Assembly: GCA_964016885.1 (NCBI GenBank)
Contig: OZ024747.1
Location: 30,008,001-30,072,000, forward strand
From: Eledone cirrhosa
Lineage: Eukaryota
Direction: 5' to 3'
DNA length: 64,000 nt
Shown here piece after piece: positions 54,301-64,000 of this stretch (position 1 is the first letter of the stretch; each line of letters begins with the position of its first letter). The notes beneath the pieces were generated by a model. It made no database searches and was not told the origin of the DNA. It was given only the letters and a program-made list of their open reading frames with translations. The translations under genes and the position numbers were made by a program.

Positions 54301-57225
54301 TTTTTCAAAAAAGATTGATTTTTTTTCTATCGAAATATATACTTTCTGATTTCGAAAATTGATATACATTTTGTATTTTTCAAATATTTTTCAACGTGTT
54401 GAAACACAGTGTATAAACACATTCTTTTGAAAAAAAAACATTTTTTCCAAATACTGTGAAAAAACCTAAAAAAATCAATTTTAGAAATTAGAAGTAAATA
54501 TTTCGAAAAGTGTAAACAAATTGATTATTTTAGGTTTTTCACAAATTGATCATTTTACACAGTATTTCGAAAAATTGTTTTTTTTCAAAAAAGATTGATT
54601 TTTTTCTTTTGAAATATCTACTTTCTGATTTCGAAAATTGTTATATATTTTGTATTTTTAAAAAATTTTTCAACGTGTATGTATAAATGTATAAACGCAT
54701 TTTTTCCAAATACTGTGTAAAATGATCAATTTGTGAAAAACCTAAAAAAATCAATTTTAGAAATCAGAAGTAAATATTTCGAAAAGTATAAAAAAATTGA
54801 TTATTTTAGGTTTTTCACAAATTGATCATTTTACACAGTATTTCGAAAAATTGTTTTTTTACAAAAAACATTGATTTTTTTTCTTTCGAAATATAGACTT
54901 TCTGATTTCGAAAATTGATATATATTTTGTATTTTTCAAACACAATGTATAAACGCATTTTTTTGAAAAAAAACATTTTTTCCAAATACTCTGTAAAATG
55001 ATCAATTTGTGAAAAACCTAAAAAAATCAATTTTAGAAGTCATAAGTAAATATTTCGAAAAGTATAAAAAAATTGATTATTTTAGGTTTTTCACAAATTG
55101 ATCATTTTAAACAGTATTTCGAAAAATTATTTTTTTTCTCAAAACATTGATTTTTTTCTTTCGGAATATATACTTTCTGATTTCGAAAATTGATATATAT
55201 TTTGTATTTTTCAAACACAATGTATAAACGCATTTTTTTAAAAAAAAACATTTTTTCCAAATACTGTGTAAATTGATCAATTCGTGAAAAAACCTAAAAA
55301 AATCAATTTTAGAAATCAGAAGTAAATATTTCGAAAAGTGTAAACAAATTGATTATTTTAGGTTTTTCACAAATTGATCATTTTACACAGTATTTCGAAA
55401 AATTGTTTTTTTACAAAAAACATTGATTTTTTTTCTTTCGAAATATATACTTTCTGATTTCGAAAATTGATATATATTTTGTATTTTTCAAACACAATGT
55501 ATAAACGCATTTTTTTAAAAAAAAACATTTTTTCCAAATACTGTGTAAATTGATCAATTCGTGAAAAAACCTAAAAAAATCAATTTTAGAAATCAGAAGT
55601 AAATATTTCGAAAAGTGTAAACAAATTGATTTTTTTAGGTTTTTCACAAATTGATCATTTTACACAGTATTTCGAAAAATTGTTTTTTTTCAGAAAAGAT
55701 TGATTTTTTTTCTTTTGAAATATCTACTTTCTGATTTCGAAAATTGTTATATAATTTCTATTTTTAAAAAATTTTTCAGCGTGTATGTATAAATGTATAA
55801 ACGCATTTTTTCAAAATACTGTGTAAAATGATCAATTTGTGAAAAACCTAAAAAAATCAATTTTAGAAGTCAGAAGTAAATATTTCGAAAAGTATAAAAA
55901 AATTGATTATTTTAGGTTCTTCACAAATTGATAATGTTACACAATATTTCGAAAATTTGTTTTTTTTCAAAAAAGATTGATTTTTTTTCTATCGAAATAT
56001 ATACTTTCTGATTTCGAAAATTGTATATACATTTTGTATTTTTCAAATATTTTTCAACGTGTTGAAACAGTGTATAAACTCATTCTTTTGAAAAAAAAAC
56101 ATTTTTTCCAAATACTGTGAAAAAACCTAAAAAAATCAATTTTAGAAATTAGAAGTAAATATTTCGAAAAGTGTAAACAAATTGATTATTTTAGGTTTTT
56201 CACAAATTGATCATTTTACACAGTATTTCGAAAAATTGTTTTTTTTCAAAAAAGATTGATTTTTTTCTTTTGAAATATCTACTTTCTGATTTCGAAAATT
56301 GTTATATATTTTGTATTTTTAAAAAATTTTTCAACGTGTATGTATAAATGTATAAACGCATTTTTTCCAAATACTGTGTAAAATGATCAATTTGTGAAAA
56401 ACCTAAAAAAATCAATTTTAGAAATCAGAAGTAAATATTTCGAAAAGTATAAAAAAATTGATTATTTTAGGTTTTTCACAAATTGATCATTTTACACAGT
56501 ATTTCGAAAAATTGTTTTTTTACAAAAAACATTGATTTTTTTTCTTTCGAAATATAGACTTTCTGATTTCGAAAATTGATATATATTTTGTATTTTTCAA
56601 ACACAATGTATAAACGCATTTTTTTGAAAAAAAACATTTTTTCCAAATACTCTGTAAAATGATCAATTTGTGAAAAACCTAAAAAAATCAATTTTAGAAG
56701 TCAGAAGTAAATATTTCGAAAAGTATAAAAAAATTGATTATTTTAGGTTTTTGATAATTTTACACAATATTTCGAAAATTTTTGTTGATTTTTGTTCTTT
56801 TGAAATATCTACTTTCTGATTTCGAAAATTGTTATATATTTTGTATTTTTAAAAAATTTTTCAGCGTGTATGTATAAATGTATAAACGCATTTTTTCCAA
56901 ATACTGTGTAAAATGATCAATTTGTGAAAAACCTAAAAAAATCAATTTTAGAAATCAGAGGTAAATATTTCGAAAAGTATAAAAAAATTGATTATTTTAG
57001 GTTTTTCACAAATTGATCATTTTACACAGTATTTCGAAAAATTGTTTTTTTACAAAAAACATTGATTTTTTTTCTTTCGAAATATATATTTTCTGATTTC
57101 GAAAATTGATATATATTTTGTATTTTTCAAACACAATGTATAAACGCATTTTTTTGAAAAAAAACATTTTTTCCAAATACTCTGTAAAATGATCAATTTG
57201 TGAAAAACCTAAAAAAATCAATTTT
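25520..57225 (+). repeat. Block duplication: ~25.5-37.5 kb copied at ~45.3-57.2 kb (offset ~19,746, then 19,729 after an 18-bp deletion at ~53980)
   Basis: ORF offsets 26040/45786, 29066/48812, 33758/53505, 35086/54815 and 37277/57006. Boundaries approximate. Confidence 0.88.
31100..45265 (+). repeat. Block duplication: ~31.1-36.2 kb copied at ~40.1-45.3 kb (offset 9036-9037)
   Basis: ORF offsets 31813/40849, 33758/42795 and 35682/44719. Boundaries approximate. Confidence 0.85.
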
Positions 57226-59915
57226 AGAAATCAGAAGTAAATATTTCGAAAAGTGTAAACAAATTGATTATTTTAGGTTTTTCACAAATTGATCATTTTA
57301 CACAGTATTTCGAAAAATTGTTTTTTTTCAAAAAAGATTGGTTCTTTTTTCTTTCGAAATATCTACTTTCTGATTTCGAAAATTGTTATATATTTTGTAT
57401 TTTTAAAAAATTTTTCAACGTGTATGTATAAATGTATAAACGCATTTTTTCCAAATACTGTGTAAAATGATCAATTTGTGAAAAACCTAAAAAAATCAAT
57501 TTTAGAAATCAGAAGTAAATATTTCGAAAAGTATAAAAAAATTGATTATTTTAGGTTTTTCACAAATTGATCATTTTACACAGTATTTCGAAAAATTGTT
57601 TTTTTACAAAAAACATTGATTTTTTTTCTTTCGAAATATAGACTTTCTGATTTCGAAAATTGATATATATTTTGTATTTTTCAAACACAATGTATAAACG
57701 CATTTTTTTGAAAAAAAACATTTTTTCCAAATACTCTGTAAAATGATCAATTTGTGAAAAACCTAAAAAAATCAATTTTAGAAGTCAGAAGTAAATATTT
57801 CGAAAAGTATAAAAAAATTGATTATTTTAGGTTTTTGATAATTTTACACAATATTTCGAAAATTTGTTTTTTTTCAAAAAAGATTGATTTTTTTTCTTTT
57901 GAAATATCTACTTTCTGATTTCGAAAATTGTTATATATTTTGTATTTTTAAAAAATTTTTCAGCGTGTATGTATAAACGCATTTTTTCCAAATACTGTGT
58001 AAAATGATCAATTTGTGAAAAACCTAAAAAAATCAATTTTAGAAATCAGAAGTAAATATTTCGAAAAGTGTAAACAAATTGATTATTTTAGGTTTTTCAC
58101 AAATTGATCATTTTACATAGTATTTCGAAAAATTGTTTTTTTACAAAAAACATTGATTTTTTTTCTTTCGAAATATATACTTTCTGATTTCGAAAATTGA
58201 TATATATTTTGTATTTTTCAAACACAATGTATAAACGCATTTTTTAAAAAAAAAACATTTTTTCCAAATACTGTGTAAATTGATCAATTCGTGAAAAAAC
58301 CTAAAAAAATCAATTTTAGAAATCAGAAGTAAATATTTCGAAAAGTGTAAACAAATTGATTTTTTTAGGTTTTTCACAAATTGATCATTTTACACAGTAT
58401 TTCGAAAAATTGTTTTTTTACAAAAAACATTGATTTTTTTTCTTTCGAAATATATACTTTCTGATTTCGAAAATTGATATATATTTTGTATTTTTCAAAC
58501 ACAATGTATAAACGCATTTTTTTGAAAAAAAACATTTTTTCCAAATACTGTGTAAAATGATCAATTTGTGAAAAACCTAAAAAAATCAATTCTAGAAATC
58601 AAAAGTAAATATTTCGAAAAGTATAAAAAAATTGATTATTTTAGGTTTTTCACAAATTGATCATTTTACACAGTATTTCGAAAAATTGTTTTTTTACAAA
58701 AAACATTGATTTTTTTTCTATCGAAATATATACTTTCTGATTTCGAAAATTGATATACATTTTGTATTTTTCAAATATTTTTCAACGTGTTGAAACAGTG
58801 TATAAACGCATTCTTTTGAAAAAAAAACATTTTTTCCAAATACTGTGAAAAAACCTAAAAAAATCAATTTTAGAAATTAGAAGTAAATATTTCGAAAAGT
58901 GTAAACAAATTGATTATTTTAGGTTTTTCACAAATTGATCATTTTACACAGTATTTCGAAAAATTGTTTTTTTTCAAAAAAGATTGATTTTTTTCTTTTG
59001 AAATATCTACTTTCTGATTTCGAAAATTGTTATATATTTTGTATTTTTAAAAAATTTTTCAACGTGTATGTATAAATGTATAAACGCATTTTTTCCAAAT
59101 ACTGTGTAAAATGATCAATTTGTGAAAAACCTAAAAAAATCAATTTTAGAAATCAGAAGTAAATATTTCGAAAAGTATAAAAAAATTGATTATTTTAGGT
59201 TTTTCACAAATTGATCATTTTACACAGTATTTCGAAAAATTGTTTTTTTACAAAAAACATTGATTTTTTTTCTTTCGAAATATAGACTTTCTGATTTCGA
59301 AAATTGATATATATTTTGTATTTTTCAAACACAATGTATAAACGCATTTTTTTGAAAAAAAACATTTTTTCCAAATACTCTGTAAAATGATCAATTTGTG
59401 AAAAACCTAAAAAAATCAATTTTAGAAGTCAGAAGTAAATATTTCGAAAAGTATAAAAAAATTGATTATTTTAGGTTTTTCACAAATTGATAATTTTACA
59501 CAATATTTCGAAAATTTGTTTTTTTTCAAAAAAGATTGATTTTTTTTCTATCGAAATATATACTTTCTGATTTCGAAAATTGATATACATTTTGTATTTT
59601 TCAAATATTTTTCAACGTGTTGAAACAAAGTGTATAAACGCATTTTTTTGAAAAAAAGACATTTTTTCCAAAAAAATCAATTTTAGAAATTAGAAGTAAA
59701 TATTTCAAAAAGTGTAAACAAATTGATTATTTTAGGTTTTTCACAAATTGATCATTTTACACAGTATTTGGAAAAATTGTTTTTTTTCAAAAAAGATTGA
59801 TTTTTTTTCTTTTGAAATATCTACTTTCTGATTTCGAAAATTGTTATATATTTTGTATTTTTAAAAAGTTTTTCAACGTGTCGAAACATAATGTATAAAC
59901 GCATTTTTTCCAAAT
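38860..59915 (+). repeat. Block duplication: ~38.9-41.6 kb copied at ~57.2-59.9 kb (offset 18,355)
   Basis: ORF offsets 39205/57560, 39786/58141, 40019/58374 and 40849/59204; shared deletion variant GCGTGTATGTATAAACGC at ~39610 and ~57965. Confidence 0.85.
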
Positions 59916-62900
59916 ACTGTGTAAAATGATCTATTTGTGAAAAAGCTAAAAAAATCAATTTTACAAATCGGAAGTAAATATTTCGAAAAGTATAAAAAAA
60001 TTGATTATTTTAGGTTTTTCACAAATTGATCATTTTAAACAGTATTTCGAAAAATTATTTTTTTTCCCAAAACATTGATTTTTTTCTTTCGGAATATATA
60101 CTTTCTGATTTCGAAAATTGATATATATTTTGTATTTTTCAAACACAATGTATAAACGCATTTTTTTGAAAAAAAACATTTTTTCCAAATACTGTGTAAA
60201 ATGATCAATTTGTGAAAAACCTAAAAAAATCAATTTTAGAAATCAGAAGTAAATATTTCGAAAAGTGTAAACAAATTGATTATTTTAGGTTTTCCACAAA
60301 TTGATCATTTTACACAGTATTTCGAAAAATTGTTTTTTTTCAAAAAAGATTGGTTCTTTTTTCTTTCGAAATATCTACTTTCTGATTTCGAAAATTGTTA
60401 TATATTTTGTATTTTTAAAAAATTTTTCAACGTGTATGTATAAATGTATAAACGCATTTTTTCCAAATACTGTGTAAAATGATCAATTTGTGAAAAACCT
60501 AAAAAAATCAATTTTAGAAATCAGAAGTAAATATTTCGAAAAGTATAAAAAAATTGATTATTTTAGGTTTTTCACAAATTGATCATTTTACACAGTATTT
60601 CGAAAAATTGTTTTTTTACAAAAAACATTGATTTTTTTTCTTTCGAAATATAGACTTTCTGATTTCGAAAATTGATATATATTTTGTATTTTTCAAACAC
60701 AATGTATAAACGCATTTTTTTAAAAAAAAACATTTTTTCCAAATACTGTGTAAATTGATCAATTCGTGAAAAAACCTAAAAAAATCAATTTTAGAAATCA
60801 GAAGTAAATATTTCGAAAAGTGTAAACAAATTGATTATTTTAGGTTTTTCACAAATTGATCATTTTACACAGTATTTCGAAAAATTGTTTTTTTACAAAA
60901 AACATTGATTTTTTTTCTTTCGAAATATATACTTTCTGATTTCGAAAATTGATATATATTTTGTATTTTTCAAACACAATGTATAAACGCATTTTTTTAA
61001 AAAAAAACATTTTTTCCAAATACTGTGTAAATTGATCAATTCGTGAAAAAACCTAAAAAAATCAATTTTAGAAATCAGAAGTAAATATTTCGAAAAGTGT
61101 AAACAAATTGATTTTTTTAGGTTTTTCACAAATTGATCATTTTACACAGTATTTCGAAAAATTGTTTTTTTTCAGAAAAGATTGATTTTTTTTCTTTTGA
61201 AATATCTACTTTCTGATTTCGAAAATTGTTATATAATTTCTATTTTTAAAAAATTTTTCAGCGTGTATGTATAAATGTATAAACGCATTTTTTCAAAATA
61301 CTGTGTAAAATGATCAATTTGTGAAAAACCTAAAAAAATCAATTTTAGAAGTCAGAAGTAAATATTTCGAAAAGTATAAAAAAATTGATTATTTTAGGTT
61401 CTTCACAAATTGACAATGTTACACAATATTTCGAAAATTTGTTTTTTTTCAAAAAAGATTGATTTTTTTTCTATCGAAATATATACTTTCTGATTTCGAA
61501 AATTGATATACATTTTGTATTTTTCAAATATTTTTCAACGTGTTGAAACAGTGTATAAACGCATTCTTTTGAAAAAAAAACATTTTTTCCAAATACTGTG
61601 AAAAAACCTAAAAAAATCAATTTTAGAAATTAGAAGTAAATATTTCGAAAAGTGTAAACAAATTGATTATTTTAGGTTTTTCACAAATTGATCATTTTAC
61701 ACAGTATTTCGAAAAATTGTTTTTTTTCAAAAAAGATTGATTTTTTTCTTTTGAAATATCTACTTTCTGATTTCGAAAATTGTTATATATTTTGTATTTT
61801 TAAAAAATTTTTCAACGTGTATGTATAAATGTATAAACGCATTTTTTCCAAATACTGTGTAAAATGATCAATTTGTGAAAAACCTAAAAAAATCAATTTT
61901 AGAAATCAGAAGTAAATATTTCGAAAAGTATAAAAAAATTGATTATTTTAGGTTTTTCACAAATTGATCATTTTACACAGTATTTCGAAAAATTGTTTTT
62001 TTACAAAAAACATTGATTTTTTTTCTTTCGAAATATAGACTTTCTGATTTCGAAAATTGATATATATTTTGTATTTTTCAAACACAATGTATAAACGCAT
62101 TTTTTTGAAAAAAAACATTTTTTCCAAATACTCTGTAAAATGATCAATTTGTGAAAAACCTAAAAAAATCAATTTTAGAAGTCAGAAGTAAATATTTCGA
62201 AAAGTATAAAAAAATTGATTATTTTAGGTTTTTGATAATTTTACACAATATTTCGAAAATTTGTTTTTTTTCAAAAAAGATTGATTTTTGTTCTTTTGAA
62301 ATATCTAATTTCTGATTTCGAAAATTGTTATATATTTTGTATTTTTAAAAAATTTTTCAGCGTGTATGTATAAATGTATAAACGCATTTTTTCCAAATAC
62401 TGTGTAAAATGATCAATTTGTGAAAAACCTAAAAAAATCAATTTTAGAAATCAGAAGTAAATATTTCAAAAAGTATAAAAAAATCGATTATTTTAGGTTT
62501 TTCACAAATTGATCATTTTACACAGTATTTCGAAAAATTGTTTTTTTACAAAAAACATTGATTTTTTTTCTTTCGAAATATAGACTTTCTGATTTCGAAA
62601 ATTGATATATATTTTGTATTTTTCAAACACAATGTATGAACGCATTTTTTTGAAAAAAAGCATTTTTTCCAAATACTGTGTAAATTGATCAATTTGTGAA
62701 AAACCTAAAAAAATCAATTCTAGAAATCAAAAGTAAATATTTCGAAAAGTGTAAACAAATTGATTATTTTAGGTTTTTCACAAATTGATCATTTTACACA
62801 GTATTTCGAAAAATTTTTTTTTTTCAAAAAAGATTGATTTTTTTTCTTTCGAAATATCTACTTTCTGATTTCGAAAATTGTTATATATTTTGTATTTTTA

Positions 62901-64000
62901 AAAAGTTTTTCAACGTGTCGAAACATAATGTATAAACGCATTTTTTCCAAATACTGTGTAAAATGATCAATTTGTGAAAAACCTAAAAAAATCAATTTTA
63001 GAAATCAGAGGTAAATATTTCGAAAAGTATAAAAAAATTGATTATTTTAGGTTTTTCACAAATTGATCATTTTACACAGTATTTCGAAAAATTGTTTTTT
63101 TACAAAAAACATTGATTTTTTTTCTTTCGAAATATATACTTTCTGATTTCGAAAATTGATATATTTTTCAAACACAATGTATAAACGCATTTTTTTGAAA
63201 AAAAACATTTTTTCCAAATACTCTGTAAAATGATCAATTTGTGAAAAACCTAAAAAAATCAATTTTAGGTCAGAAGTAAATATTTCGAAAAGTATAAAAA
63301 AATTGATTATTTTAGGTTTTTCACAAATTGATAATTTTACACAATATTTCGAAAATTTGTTTTTTTTCAAAAAAGATTGATTTTTTTTCTATCGAAATAT
63401 ATACTTTCTGATTTCGAAAATTGATATACATTTTGTATTTTTCAAATATTTTTCAACGTGTTGAAACAGTGTATAAACGCATTCTTTTGAAAAAAAAACA
63501 TTTTTTCCAAATACTGTGAAAAAACCTAAAAAAATCAATTTTAGAAATTAGAAGTAAATATTTCGAAAAGTGTAAACAAATTGATTATTTTAGGTTTTTC
63601 ACAAATTGATCATTTTACACAGTATTTCGAAAAATTGTTTTTTTTCAAAAAAGATTGATTTTTTTTCTTTTGAAATATCTACTTTCTGATTTCGAAAATT
63701 GTTATATATTTTGTATTTTTAAAAAATTTTTCAACGTGTATGTATAAATGTATAAACGCATTTTTTCCAAATACTGTGTAAAATGATCAATTTGTGAAAA
63801 ACCTAAAAAAATCAATTTTAGAAATCAGAAGTAAATATTTCGAAAAGTATAAAAAAATTGATTATTTTAGGTTTTTCACAAATTGATCATTTTACACAGT
63901 ATTTCGAAAAATTGTTTTTTTACAAAAAACATTGATTTTTTTTCTTTCGAAATATAGACTTTCTGATTTCGAAAATTGATATATATTTTGTATTTTTCAA
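45650..64000 (+). repeat. Block duplication: ~45.7-49.8 kb copied at ~59.9-64.0 kb (offset 14,244)
   Basis: ORF offsets 45786/60030, 46649/60893, 48258/62502 and 48812/63056; private AAATCGATTA variant at 48241 and 62485. Confidence 0.88.

Larger units (their letters stand above)
1..64000. repeat. AT-rich satellite DNA array, ~277 bp monomer, ~230 head-to-tail copies, open at both window ends
   Basis: The anchor TTGATTATTTTAGGTTTTTCACAAATTGAT recurs at 177, 454, 734, 1010 and onward to the window end. Spacing is mostly 276-280 bp, with some deletion-bearing monomers shorter. No unique sequence and no orientation switch seen; all repeat-derived ORFs are on the minus strand. Confidence 0.99.

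Noticed and set aside
195-63370. About 80 minus-strand ORFs of 66-107 aa (MIFLGFSQIDHF..., MKNLKKSICL..., MKKNKFSKY...)
   Set aside because: They are translations of the satellite monomer, rich in F/K/I/N as expected from A/T tracts. Most begin at TTG, frames are freely broken by homopolymer indels between copies, and no domain is recognisable.
1-64000. CRISPR-like array or diversity-generating cassette system
   Set aside because: There are no unique spacers, the entire unit is repeated, and no cas, recombinase or reverse transcriptase gene is present. Variation is explained by point mutation, deletion and block duplication.

Overview
The whole 64 kb window is one uninterrupted, head-to-tail array of an AT-rich tandem repeat (satellite DNA), most likely eukaryotic. 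The monomer is about 276-280 bp, there are roughly 230 copies, and GC is about 20% (57/277 counted in monomer 177-453). I find no credible genes, RNA genes, CRISPR arrays or transposon insertions; every listed ORF is the same minus-strand monomer reading frame repeated. The interest lies in the architecture. (1) Each monomer is built largely from two interlocked inverted repeats (A-B-a-A'-B'), with 76-bp arms about 93% identical, giving a fold-back/MITE-like satellite with alternative cruciform potential. (2) The three main monomer classes each lack a different 18-20 bp microhomology-bounded segment of an inferred ~295 bp ancestor, so all converge on ~277 bp. (3) The monomers form nested higher-order repeats (554, 833, 1386, 3301 bp) and multi-kb shuffled block duplications (offsets about 9.0, 12.6, 14.2, 16.2, 18.4 and 19.7 kb), whose history can be read from private variants. 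Organism and any centromeric function cannot be determined from the sequence alone.
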